Below, piece after piece: positions 48,098 to 57,606 of a stretch of 64,000 nt of DNA; the stretch's first letter is position 1; each line of letters begins with the position of its first letter. The DNA is from Gemmatimonadaceae bacterium. Lineage in GTDB: Bacteria > Gemmatimonadota > Gemmatimonadetes > Gemmatimonadales > Gemmatimonadaceae. The notes beneath the pieces were generated by a model. It worked only from the letters and a program-made list of their open reading frames with translations. It searched no databases and was not told the origin of the DNA. The stretch lies in NCBI GenBank assembly GCA_045803545.1, contig JBJMOW010000004.1, positions 192,001-256,000 of the forward strand, given 5' to 3'. Both the position numbers and the translations under genes were made by a program.

Positions 48098-48475
48098 TAG
48101 ATTTCCGCGCGGTCAGTCGGCGAGGTGCCGGGTCGCCGGAAATGCTCGCCGCGCCTGTCTAGCGCATCGTTGTTCCTGGCGTTCCAGGTGAGAGGGCGCG
48201 GCTGTGCGATGTTCCTTCGACCCGGCACCTCGCCTCCTTCCCACTCGCGTTAGTGCGACCAAGTGAGCGTCGCTCGCGCCGTGGTACTCAATGGGATCGT
48301 GCGCGCGGGCGCTAAGGAGGCGCGCCATGGCGGGGCACAGATCTCGACAGGGAGAGGCGAGGGGTGTTCTCTGAAAAACATCGCGCAGACCCGCCTCCGC
48401 TCAGAACGCCAACGACAATGATGTCGCAAGACAGCGGGTCGAGCAGTTTTTCAGAGAATGCCCCTCGCCTCGACC
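48098..48475 (+). repeat. Structured repeat / ncRNA-like element, copy 2
   Basis: Hairpins 48119-48234 and 48354-48471; same conserved blocks and same orientation as copy 1. Confidence 0.8.
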
Positions 48476-48502
48476 CGCGCGAAAATGCAAATGTCGTCGG
48501 TC

Positions 48503-50854
48503 CTAAAACCTCGCCTCGACGTAGAGATTCGCGCGGACCGCATGCTCAGGGTAGATACCTCTGGCGAGATCGACACGAATGAGACCGTCCATGAACGACG
48601 CGCCGACACCGACGCCGCTGAGCGGCCTTCCCGGGTGCGAGACACTGTCACGCGAACCGGCCCAGCCCAAATCGGCGAAGGCGATTTTGCGGAATGCGAC
48701 ATTGCGCGTGCCGATTTCCAGGCTGCTCGTCCAGAACGTATCTCCAACGCCCGCACCAGCACGCTGTCCGCGCACGGTCCCCACACCACCGATGTAGAAG
48801 TTCTTCTGGATCGGCAAATGTCCGCCCGACGTGCCTCCGCCGAGCGTAACCGCGGCGTCGAGGCCGCCCAGTCCGTGTGAAAGCGTTGTCTGCAACAGCC
48901 CGCGGGAATAATCGAACGTACCTGCTGCCGCTTCGAGCTTGAGGTCGGTCAGCGCGCGGAATCCGTGCGGGTCGAGCCCGAACGACGAGTGATGCAGAGC
49001 GGACACGCCGACGATTTTCCCGTTCTCGGCGTTGATGTTGGTCAGGCCCCCTTTCACGCCTCCTGGATGCGCCACCGAGAACTCCGTATTAACGGTCGCG
49101 TCGAAGTGCTGCTCCGCGAACAGGCGCCACGTAGTGAACAGCGGTCCACCGTCGCCAGTTATCTCGCCGCCCCAGGTGCGATAGTAAAAGCCTTCATCGC
49201 GGCCGAAGAACAGAGCCGAAAGTGAGCTGCTGAAGCCGAGTGGGTCACCCCAATCGTTGGCTGCCATCAGTCGCCGATAGACGCCAACACCGATACTGCG
49301 TCGCCCATCAGTACGCTCGATCGATGCTTCGGCATTCGGCGACAAGTCTGCAACACCGATTCTGAACGACGAGTGCGCCGAGTATCCCTCACCGAGAACC
49401 TTGTCGACTGCGAATCCGCTGGAGAGTCCCTCGATCCGGTTGAAGCGCGTCCATGGAAACCCATATGAGATGCTCGCGGGCAACGGCGAGAAGCCTGGCT
49501 GCGCGGTAAGAGTCAACGCTTCGGCGACTAGCGCATCACGCTCAGCCGAACCGAACACCGTTTCGCCCTCATCGTAGATCGACTTCGGTAACGAGCTCGA
49601 GTGAGCGAGCGCGACTGTATCGCACGGAACTCTGACCATGATCTGCAGATTCTCTTCGGTGCGATCGTGTACGCGTACGCGCTCAGTTCCGGTCTTACAC
49701 TCGTCGTGACGGCGATCGCGCCTGGCAGCTCGCGAGAGCGAGTCCGTCGCGGTATCAGCGACCGCGATCGTCACGGGCGTCATTGGCTCGTCGCCATTGA
49801 CGCTCGAATAGGTGTAGCGCTGCTCCAGCTTGAACGGGATGCGCATGAAGCTCACCTGCGCTTCGCCTTCGATCGTCTGCGCGCGCGGCAGCCAGAATTC
49901 TCCCTCGTGCAACCCGTACTCGACGGTGACGGCACTGATATTCGCCTTCATCGGTGTCATAATCGGCTTGAGCCAGCCAGGAATGTCATCGTCGGGGTCC
50001 TTCTCGTCCTGCGATTCTTCCTTGGCGACGGCCATGATGTCCATCTCCTGCGCCATGCGATAAACCGCGCGCACGAGATGAGCAGTCGACATGTCGAACC
50101 AGAGAGATCCGACGCCGACGTTCCATTTTGGCTGGCGCGGACGAATTCTCAGCTCGCGCAGCTCGATTCGCTTGCCGCCGGGAAGCTGGAAGGTCACCGA
50201 GTCGCCCGACTCGTAGGTGTAATACGCTTCCGCTCCTTCAGCGAGCGGATGGATCATCTCGCCTTCGTCAATTTTCGCCTTGGCGAGTCCGGAGCCGATC
50301 CAAAGTGTCTCGCGCCCGGGTGCATACGGGATGTCTGCCATCTCGCCGCTCATATTCAGATCGGGATCGCCATCGTTGATGCCCTCGATCATTGGGAAGA
50401 CCGCGCGCTGTCCGGTGACATCGACAATCGCGCCTTTGCCGCGCTGCCACACTACGTGTGATGCGCGCTCGCCGCGGAGCAGCAACCTGCTGCGACCGAT
50501 TTTCTTGAATCCCATCCCGACAGAAAGGCGCTCGTAACCGCTCGACTCATAGCCGCTGAGCGTCGAGTCCTGAATCAGCCGCGCCATTCTTGCGCGCTGC
50601 AGGAGATCACGGGCGGCGGGATCCTTGAACGCGTTTGCCAGGGTTTTCGGCGTCAGAGGCAATTGACGGGCGATGCGCGCCGTGCGCTGCAGTGAATCTC
50701 GATGCTGTCTTACAACCCGCATCGAATCGCGTCTGACATCCCGTTGATACGCGATGGAGTCTCGTTTTGCCTTGTCGACGCTGTCTTTCGGCTTGTTGCC
50801 GATTGTTACGGAAATCTGAGTCTGCGCGAAGACAGCGAGGGCGAGGACGAGCAT
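48503..50854 (-). CDS. Large outer-membrane protein with C-terminal Omp85-like beta-barrel
   Basis: RFNRIEG, IGGVGTVRGQ (VRGF-like), alternating beta strands, terminal EARF. Confidence 0.7.
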   Translation of the reverse strand: MLVLALAVFAQTQISVTIGNKPKDSVDKAKRDSIAYQRDVRRDSMRVVRQHRDSLQRTARIARQLPLTPKTLANAFKDPAARDLLQRARMARLIQDSTLSGYESSGYERLSVGMGFKKIGRSRLLLRGERASHVVWQRGKGAIVDVTGQRAVFPMIEGINDGDPDLNMSGEMADIPYAPGRETLWIGSGLAKAKIDEGEMIHPLAEGAEAYYTYESGDSVTFQLPGGKRIELRELRIRPRQPKWNVGVGSLWFDMSTAHLVRAVYRMAQEMDIMAVAKEESQDEKDPDDDIPGWLKPIMTPMKANISAVTVEYGLHEGEFWLPRAQTIEGEAQVSFMRIPFKLEQRYTYSSVNGDEPMTPVTIAVADTATDSLSRAARRDRRHDECKTGTERVRVHDRTEENLQIMVRVPCDTVALAHSSSLPKSIYDEGETVFGSAERDALVAEALTLTAQPGFSPLPASISYGFPWTRFNRIEGLSSGFAVDKVLGEGYSAHSSFRIGVADLSPNAEASIERTDGRRSIGVGVYRRLMAANDWGDPLGFSSSLSALFFGRDEGFYYRTWGGEITGDGGPLFTTWRLFAEQHFDATVNTEFSVAHPGGVKGGLTNINAENGKIVGVSALHHSSFGLDPHGFRALTDLKLEAAAGTFDYSRGLLQTTLSHGLGGLDAAVTLGGGTSGGHLPIQKNFYIGGVGTVRGQRAGAGVGDTFWTSSLEIGTRNVAFRKIAFADLGWAGSRDSVSHPGRPLSGVGVGASFMDGLIRVDLARGIYPEHAVRANLYVEARF

Positions 50855-50855
50855 G

Positions 50856-51572
50856 CTACCTGCCTGTGGACTTGGGAATCGAGAAATTGACGCCGACTTG
50901 CCACAACACGAGATCGGTTTTGCTGTTGCGCACGTTCAGCGTAACGCTGCCATCGGGGTTATCCGTGATATCGCCCTTCTTGAGATAGCTCGCTCTTGCG
51001 CCGTAGTGATACCGAGCGCCGAGGTTAAGCGAGAACGACGCGCCAATGGGAATCAGGAAGCCGCCCCCAAAAACTCCCGCTTTCGCCCAGTCACCATGAT
51101 TGGTATTGCACTGATCCTGGACCGAGTTGTCTTCGGCAGACACGCACGACTGCGTGTAAAAGCGCACCAGGGCATAAGACGCACTCGCATAAGGGCGGAG
51201 CACACCGTCCGGAAACTGGAGCTGCAAGCCAAGCGAGCCGAATCCGATGCGATTGTTCGTGCTCAGATCGAGCGGAATGCCGCCGTAATAGCCGATAAAG
51301 CCGCCTTCATGGCCGTACTGGACGCCGCCGCCATCGGCGCGAAGCGCAAACCATCCCTTCGGATCGATCTTCATCAAGGCGTTCATATCGAAGCCGTAAC
51401 CGGTCGGAATGCCAGCGGTGGCAAACTCGCCTTTGGGCTGCGAGATCGCGAAATCGCCCCCAATTGAAAAACGCGAAGGAATCTCGGGAGCGTTGTATAC
51501 CTGTGCGCCAACGGCCGATGCCGACGCAAAAAAGAAAGCAGTGTTCAGTAGAACCACGGCCTTAAACAGCAT
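50856..51572 (-). CDS. Outer-membrane beta-barrel protein (OmpA/OmpW-like)
   Basis: Signal peptide; amphipathic strands (LRPYASA, LNLGARYH, WQVGVNF); start trimmed to ATG 51572. Confidence 0.75.
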   Translation of the reverse strand: MLFKAVVLLNTAFFFASASAVGAQVYNAPEIPSRFSIGGDFAISQPKGEFATAGIPTGYGFDMNALMKIDPKGWFALRADGGGVQYGHEGGFIGYYGGIPLDLSTNNRIGFGSLGLQLQFPDGVLRPYASASYALVRFYTQSCVSAEDNSVQDQCNTNHGDWAKAGVFGGGFLIPIGASFSLNLGARYHYGARASYLKKGDITDNPDGSVTLNVRNSKTDLVLWQVGVNFSIPKSTGR

Positions 51573-51724
51573 AGTTTCTCCCCTCTGGTTTCCCGCTAGC
51601 GTTCGCACGGACAGTGCCTCTGTCGAAGCCAACGCTAGACCATTGTACGCGTTGAGGTTAGGTCTGGTTTCACGGCAGTAACGAAGCGACGCTGACCTCC
51701 TTCCGTGACATCGATCATCGAATC

Positions 51725-52507
51725 ATGGCTACAACTCTCGAGAGCTCAGGTTCCGCACTCCGCGTCACCGGGCTGAGAAAGGCATACGCTGACGTTGTCG
51801 CCGTCGATGGCCTCGACCTGGAGGTCCAGGTGGGCGAGTGCTTCGGCCTGCTCGGACCAAATGGCGCCGGCAAGACCACCACTATCGAAATCTGTGAAGG
51901 CCTTCTCACGCCCGACGCCGGCTCAGTGGAGGTTCTGGGGAAGCGTTGGGAGAACAATGCCGACGAACTCCGGGAGCTTCTTGGAATTCAGCTGCAGGAC
52001 ACCCAGCTGGCAGAAAAGCTCACGGTCGATGAGACACTCACGCTCTTTCAGAGCTTCTATCGCAACGCCCGCGCGATCGACGAAGTAATCGACGAAGTCG
52101 AGCTCGGTGAAAAGAGAAGTTCGCGCGTCGGCACCTTGTCCGGAGGACAAAAACAGCGCCTCGCCGTTGCGTGCGCCCTCGTCGGCAACCCGCAGCTGAT
52201 TTTTCTCGACGAGCCGACGACTGGCCTCGATCCCCAATCGCGCCGCCAGCTATGGAATCTGATTTCTCGCTTTCAATCAGAAGGCCGTACGATCGTGCTG
52301 ACCACGCACTACATGGAAGAAGCGGAGCGCCTCTGCGATCGCGTTGCAATCGTCGATCACGGTCACGTCATCGCGCTCGGCACGCCGCGCGAGCTGATGG
52401 AGTCGATCGACGTCTCGAATCTCCCGCCACCGGAGCCGCGCAAAACGACCGCGACCCTCGAAGACGTCTTCGTCGTGCTGACGGGAAGGCACCTGCGCGA
52501 TGAATAG
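51725..52507 (+). CDS. ABC-2 transporter ATP-binding protein
   Basis: GPNGAGKTT, LSGGQKQR, LDEPTTGLDP, TTHYMEEAE. Confidence 0.94.
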   Translation: MATTLESSGSALRVTGLRKAYADVVAVDGLDLEVQVGECFGLLGPNGAGKTTTIEICEGLLTPDAGSVEVLGKRWENNADELRELLGIQLQDTQLAEKLTVDETLTLFQSFYRNARAIDEVIDEVELGEKRSSRVGTLSGGQKQRLAVACALVGNPQLIFLDEPTTGLDPQSRRQLWNLISRFQSEGRTIVLTTHYMEEAERLCDRVAIVDHGHVIALGTPRELMESIDVSNLPPPEPRKTTATLEDVFVVLTGRHLRDE

Positions 52508-53585
52508 CGCGGCGACGAAAACACTCTCGAGACAGGAGCGAGGATTCAAGCGCAGCTCGCTGGTCCAGCTGACGCTCGTCCGCTTTCGCGAATTCATCCG
52601 CGAGCCAGAGGCGGTGTTCTGGACTTTCATTTTCCCGATTCTCCTCGCGGCGGGATTGGGTATCGCGTTCAGACAACGCGGCCCTGACAAGGTATCAGTC
52701 GGTGTCATCAATTCTGGTGGCAGCGCGACACTGACCCAGTCGCTGACAAACGATTCGACGCTCGTGGTCGAGACCTTCACCGATAGCGCGGGCGAGAAAG
52801 CACTTCGCACGGGCAAGATCGCGTTGCTCGTCATCCCTGGCTCACGCCCCGACAGCGTCCACTACATCTACGACAAAAGCCGCGGCGATGCAGCGAACGC
52901 GCGGGTGCTGGTCGATCGCGCCGTTCAAGTCGGAGCCGGCCAGGTCAGCCCGGTGCATTCAACAAGTGAATTTGTCACCGAGCCTGGCTCGCGTTACATC
53001 GATTTCCTCATTCCGGGCCTTCTCGGCATGAACCTGATGGGCTCGAGCATCTGGGCACTTGGCTTCGCAATCGTGAGTGCGCGTAGCAAGAAGCTGCTCA
53101 AACGATTGATGGCGACTCCGATGTCGCGCGCCCAATACCTTGCCTCATTCCTGCTGTCCCGGCTGGTGTTTCTGCTACTCGAGATTGTCACTCTGCTCGG
53201 CTTCGGTCACTTTGCGTTCGGAGTCCCACTGCGCGGCTCGCTCGCTACGCTGCTGTTGATTTGTCTAATGGCGGCACTCTCGTTCGGGGGGCTGGGACTC
53301 TTGAGCGCTTCCCGCGCACGCACGACCGAGGCGGTTTCCGGCATCATGAACTTCATCATGTTGCCGATGTGGATTTTCTCGGGCGTGTTCTTCTCGTCGG
53401 CGAATTTCCCCAAAGCGGTCCAGCCATTCATTAAAATGCTGCCGCTGACGGCGGTGAACGATGCATTACGCCTCAACATGCTGGAGGGAGCGTCGCTCCC
53501 GGCCGTGACGCCGCAGCTGGCAGTAATCATCGCCTGGGGTATCGTCACGTTCTTCGCGGCGCTCAAGCTCTTTCGCTGGCGCTGA
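52500..53585 (+). CDS. ABC-2 transporter permease
   Basis: VFWTFIFP, YIDFLIPG, LKRLMATP, FSGVFF, terminal FRWR. Confidence 0.92.
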   Translation: MNSAATKTLSRQERGFKRSSLVQLTLVRFREFIREPEAVFWTFIFPILLAAGLGIAFRQRGPDKVSVGVINSGGSATLTQSLTNDSTLVVETFTDSAGEKALRTGKIALLVIPGSRPDSVHYIYDKSRGDAANARVLVDRAVQVGAGQVSPVHSTSEFVTEPGSRYIDFLIPGLLGMNLMGSSIWALGFAIVSARSKKLLKRLMATPMSRAQYLASFLLSRLVFLLLEIVTLLGFGHFAFGVPLRGSLATLLLICLMAALSFGGLGLLSASRARTTEAVSGIMNFIMLPMWIFSGVFFSSANFPKAVQPFIKMLPLTAVNDALRLNMLEGASLPAVTPQLAVIIAWGIVTFFAALKLFRWR

Positions 53586-53595
53586 GATTTCGATA

Positions 53596-54027
53596 GTGGC
53601 GGACAACTCGCTCTACGTCGACGAAACGCTCTCGATACCGCGGCATGAGCTCGATATACGCGTGTCGCGCTCGTCGGGCGCGGGGGGCCAGCACGTGAAC
53701 AAGACGTCCTCGCGTGTGGAGATCTTCTGGAACATCGCGTCGTCGCCAACCCTGACCGACGATCAGCGGGCGCGGCTGCAGGGAAAGCTCGCATCACGCC
53801 TGACTACCGACGGCAGCATCCGCGTCGTTGCCAGTGACATGCGCAGCCAAACGCGGAACCGTGAGATCGCCGAGGAGCGCCTGGCTGATCTGATCGCCAG
53901 GTCTTTGGTTGTGCCGAGAAAGCGGCGGGCGACCAAACCAACCAAAGCATCGAAAGAAGCGAGACTCGACACAAAGCGTCGGCATTCGAACAAGAAGCGC
54001 GAGCGGAGCGATCGATCGTTTGACTGA
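53596..54027 (+). CDS. arfB: Alternative ribosome-rescue peptidyl-tRNA hydrolase ArfB
   Basis: RSSGAGGQHVNKTSS, RSQ..NR, basic C-terminal tail. Confidence 0.95.
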   Translation: MADNSLYVDETLSIPRHELDIRVSRSSGAGGQHVNKTSSRVEIFWNIASSPTLTDDQRARLQGKLASRLTTDGSIRVVASDMRSQTRNREIAEERLADLIARSLVVPRKRRATKPTKASKEARLDTKRRHSNKKRERSDRSFD

Positions 54028-54946
54028 CGGCCACGCCCGCGCTTCGCGCGGCCAGATTCTCGCCGCCTTCGCCTCGATCTACCTGATCTGGGGCTCGACA
54101 TATCTGGCGATCAGATATGCGGTGGAGACGATTCCGCCCTTCGTGATGGGCGGAATTCGGTTCGTGATTTCAGGCGCGCTGCTTTACGCATGGGCACGTT
54201 ATCGCGGCGCGCCCCGGCCGACGCGACGCCACTGGCGGAACGCGGTCATTGCCGGCGGTTTGCTCTTGCTCGGCGGCAATGGCGCAGTCGTGTGGGCCGA
54301 ACAGTTCGTTTCGTCGGGGATGACGGCGTTACTGGTTTCCATTCTCCCGTTTTGGCTGGTGATAATCGAGTGGGTGAGGCCACCTCGACGTCGACCGGCT
54401 GGTGCAGTGCTGATCGGGTTGGTCATCGGGTTTATCGGCATCGTCGTGCTCGTCGGCCCCGGCAATTTCGGAGGGCGCGGTGATGTGCGTCCCATCGGAG
54501 CGCTGGTGCTGATACTTGGATCGCTATCGTGGGCGATAGGGTCCTTCTTTTCGCGTGATGCCGATCTTCCTCAATCGGGATTGCTCACCACCGGCATGGA
54601 GATGCTCGGTGGCGGCACGTTGATGCTCATCGTGGGTGCGCTGAGTGGTAAGCTATCGAGCTTCGACGTGCATCACGTTTCGCGCGCGTCAGCGATCGGC
54701 TTGATGTATCTCATCACCTTTGGCTCCCTGCTCGGCTTCACCTCGTATATCTGGCTGCTCGACAAGGTTTCACCTGCGCGTCTTGGCACCTACGCTTACG
54801 TGAACCCGGTTGTGGCAGTGGTTCTCGGCTGGGCGATCGCCAGCGAGCGATTATCGCTGCGCACCGCCGTCGCTGCTGCCATCGTTATTTGCGCGGTTGC
54901 TCTGATCACGACAGCGCGATCCTCGGCACGGACACAGAATGCCTAA
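54020..54946 (+). CDS. EamA/DMT family transporter (YedA-like)
   Basis: YLIWGSTYLAI, FGSLLGFTSY, YAYVNPVVAV; start trimmed to TTG 54020. Confidence 0.92.
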   Translation: MTDGHARASRGQILAAFASIYLIWGSTYLAIRYAVETIPPFVMGGIRFVISGALLYAWARYRGAPRPTRRHWRNAVIAGGLLLLGGNGAVVWAEQFVSSGMTALLVSILPFWLVIIEWVRPPRRRPAGAVLIGLVIGFIGIVVLVGPGNFGGRGDVRPIGALVLILGSLSWAIGSFFSRDADLPQSGLLTTGMEMLGGGTLMLIVGALSGKLSSFDVHHVSRASAIGLMYLITFGSLLGFTSYIWLLDKVSPARLGTYAYVNPVVAVVLGWAIASERLSLRTAVAAAIVICAVALITTARSSARTQNA

Positions 54947-56060
54947 GCGGTCGGCGCCTGGCGGCAACGATATCTGCACGCCACGACTCGCCAATCAGCA
55001 TCTCGCCAAACAGACCCTCGGCACCCCTGCGGAGGTCGTCAGCATCCTCGGCGCGGTTCAGGCGCAGGATTACGCGAGCGCGAAATGGGGTATCGCACAA
55101 CGCACTATCGGAGCGACCGACGCCGACGTCGAGCGGGAAATCAGCGACGCCAGAATTCTGAGAACGCATATCCTGCGTCCGACCTGGCATTTCATCGCGG
55201 CTGTGGATATTCGCTGGATGCTCGAGCTCACCGCACCGCGCATCAGAGCTGCAGTAGGATCTTACGATCGGAAACTCGGCATCGATGCAGACGTGCGTCG
55301 AAAGACCCGCGCGGTCTTGAGCCAGGCGCTGCGCGGCGGCAACCATCTGACCCGCGTTGAGCTGGCGAAGGAACTGGCGAACGGAGGCGTACGTGCCGAG
55401 GGCACGCAATTGCTCGCGCACTTGATGATGCACGCCGAGCTCGACGGTCTCGTGTGCAGCGGGGTACGGCGCGGGAAGCAGTTCACCTATGCGCTCGTCG
55501 ATGAATGCGTGCCGGCAACAAGGTATTTGATGCGCGACGTTGCCCTCCAAAGACTCGCGACGACCTACTTCAGAACGCGCGGCCCGGCCACCGAAGAAGA
55601 CTTCGCGTGGTGGTCCGGCCTCACCAAAGCAGACGCGCGAGGTGCGGTACACACCGTAGAAGGCCTTGAGAGCGAGGTCATCGCCGGAAGGACTTACTGG
55701 TACTCAACCCTCGGTGCTCCAACAGAACAACCTGTGGTGCGACTGCTGCCGAGCTACGACGAGTATCTGGTGAGCTATAGGGATCGCAGTGCAATGCAGC
55801 GCAGAGTCGACCCGGCGAAAGTTGGTGAGAGCTTCGACTTCCTCGGCAGCTACGTAATCACTCTCAACGGCCAGATCGTCGGTCGCTGGGCGCGCAGCAT
55901 TGGCAGCGACGCCGTCGAAGTCACTGTACAGCCATTCGTTCGCCTCAGCCGCGTCGAACTGGACGCCGTAGAGGAGCAGACAAATCGCTATGCGCACTTT
56001 CTCCGACTTCCATTGAAGATCGAAAAGGCGAAACGCAAAGCGACATCGAAGAGGTTGTAG
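54939..56060 (+). CDS. AlkZ/YcaQ-like (HTH_42) winged-helix DNA glycosylase family protein
   Basis: GAVQAQD (QxQ motif), RTHILRPTWH, GPAT..DFAWWSGL, LLPSYDEY. Confidence 0.85.
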   Translation: MPKRSAPGGNDICTPRLANQHLAKQTLGTPAEVVSILGAVQAQDYASAKWGIAQRTIGATDADVEREISDARILRTHILRPTWHFIAAVDIRWMLELTAPRIRAAVGSYDRKLGIDADVRRKTRAVLSQALRGGNHLTRVELAKELANGGVRAEGTQLLAHLMMHAELDGLVCSGVRRGKQFTYALVDECVPATRYLMRDVALQRLATTYFRTRGPATEEDFAWWSGLTKADARGAVHTVEGLESEVIAGRTYWYSTLGAPTEQPVVRLLPSYDEYLVSYRDRSAMQRRVDPAKVGESFDFLGSYVITLNGQIVGRWARSIGSDAVEVTVQPFVRLSRVELDAVEEQTNRYAHFLRLPLKIEKAKRKATSKRL

Positions 56061-56096
56061 TATGATGGTGAGTAAGTCACCTGAACGAGAGCACTG

Positions 56097-56717
56097 ATGC
56101 CACCGATTTCTCGCGGATTTCGCGGCCGACGGCCGAGCAGTGATGCGGCGTCGCGGTTGCCACCGGGCCAATATGAAACCCGCGATTTCCCCGTTCTCTC
56201 CGCCGGTCCGACGCCCCGCAGTCCTGTCGAGAAGTGGGATTTCACACTTAGGGGCGCTACAGGGAAATCCGCGCGATGGACGTGGGAGGAGTTCCAGAAG
56301 CTTCCTCGCGAAAAAATCACCACCGACATTCACTGCGTGACCAAGTGGTCCAAGTTCGACACCCACTGGGAAGGAGTTTCGATCGACACACTTCTTTCCG
56401 CGGCGTCAGCACAGGGAGTTGCGCCGTCTCTCTACGCGATGGCTAGATGTGATGGCGGTTACACTACCAACGTTCCGCTCGCAGATCTGATGGGCGGCAA
56501 AGGGTGGATCGCCTTTATCTACGATGGCAGTCCGCTGCATCCAGAACACGGTGGACCAGCCAGACTACTCGTCCCACATCTCTATTTCTGGAAGAGCGCA
56601 AAGTGGGTGCGGGAACTGCGCATGATGGACGAGAACGTTCCCGGATTCTGGGAGGACGCCGGTTATCACATGTACGGAGATCCCTGGCGCGAGCAGCGCT
56701 ACACGGGCGACGAGTGA
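56097..56717 (+). CDS. Sulfite-oxidase-like molybdopterin oxidoreductase
   Basis: RLPPGQ, DIHCVTKWS, HGGPARL, YFWKSAKW, GFWE..GYH. Confidence 0.9.
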   Translation: MPPISRGFRGRRPSSDAASRLPPGQYETRDFPVLSAGPTPRSPVEKWDFTLRGATGKSARWTWEEFQKLPREKITTDIHCVTKWSKFDTHWEGVSIDTLLSAASAQGVAPSLYAMARCDGGYTTNVPLADLMGGKGWIAFIYDGSPLHPEHGGPARLLVPHLYFWKSAKWVRELRMMDENVPGFWEDAGYHMYGDPWREQRYTGDE

Positions 56718-57493
56718 CCTCAGCGGCGCCAACACGAATCGAATGGCGACTGGGTAACGTTGTCGAGGTGATTCCCGAAACCTCGCGCACTCGCACGGTA
56801 GTGCTCGACGTTCCGAACTGGCCCGGTCACCGCGCTGGTCAACACGTCGATGTCCGGCTCACCGCCGAGGATGGCTACCAAACCGAGCGCAGCTATTCGA
56901 TCGCATCGGCGCCGGAGGACCGGCGCCTGTCGCTCACCGTCGAGCGTCTCGAAGAGGGCGAGGTATCTCCGTACCTCACCGAGGAGCTTCGTCCCGGCGA
57001 TCAGCTCGAGATTCGAGGGCCCATTGGCGGCTACTTCGTGTGGGACGTTTCCGTTGGCGGACCGCTAGTACTTGTCGGCGGCGGTTCGGGAATCGTACCA
57101 CTGATGGCAATGCTGCGGCATCGTGAGATTGCGCTTCGAGGGCGCGATAGGGCCACTCGGCGACAGGTACCGGCGCGCCTCATTTACTCTTCGCGCCGCT
57201 GGGACGACATCATCTATCGCGAGGAGCTCATGCGGCTGGGGGAGAATGACAACACGCTCGAAGTCATACACACACTCACTCGCGAGCAACCCGACGGGTG
57301 GAACGGGTTCCGGCGTCGAATCGACCGGAAGATGCTCGCCGAAGTTATATGGCCGGCCGCGGAGAATCCGCGGATTTTCATCTGCGGACCAACCCCGCTA
57401 GTCGAATCAGCCGCCACAACACTTGTAGAGCTCGGTCATCAGCCAACCCTGGTTAAGACGGAGCGGTTTGGGCCGACTGGCGGCACGACATAA
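56714..57493 (+). CDS. FAD/NAD(P)-binding ferredoxin reductase (FNR-like)
   Basis: GQHVDVRL, RSYSIAS, GGGSGIVP, FICGP, ERF; GTGA overlap. Confidence 0.92.
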   Translation: MTSAAPTRIEWRLGNVVEVIPETSRTRTVVLDVPNWPGHRAGQHVDVRLTAEDGYQTERSYSIASAPEDRRLSLTVERLEEGEVSPYLTEELRPGDQLEIRGPIGGYFVWDVSVGGPLVLVGGGSGIVPLMAMLRHREIALRGRDRATRRQVPARLIYSSRRWDDIIYREELMRLGENDNTLEVIHTLTREQPDGWNGFRRRIDRKMLAEVIWPAAENPRIFICGPTPLVESAATTLVELGHQPTLVKTERFGPTGGTT

Positions 57494-57606
57494 GCAGCGG
57501 ACTAAGGAGACCGCCTGAAGATCGGTATAACGAGGTCCTTTTATTTCCTTGACAGGTTGACCGCCTGGTCGGAAATCATGGTCATACACTTTAGCAGGAG
57601 TGTCTT

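Noticed and set aside
57549..57570. TTGACA plus GACC-GCCT-GGTC as a promoter with a TetR-like operator before the alpha/beta hydrolase
   Set aside because: The palindrome is only 4 bp per arm, the -10 is weak and no regulator is adjacent; too little support.
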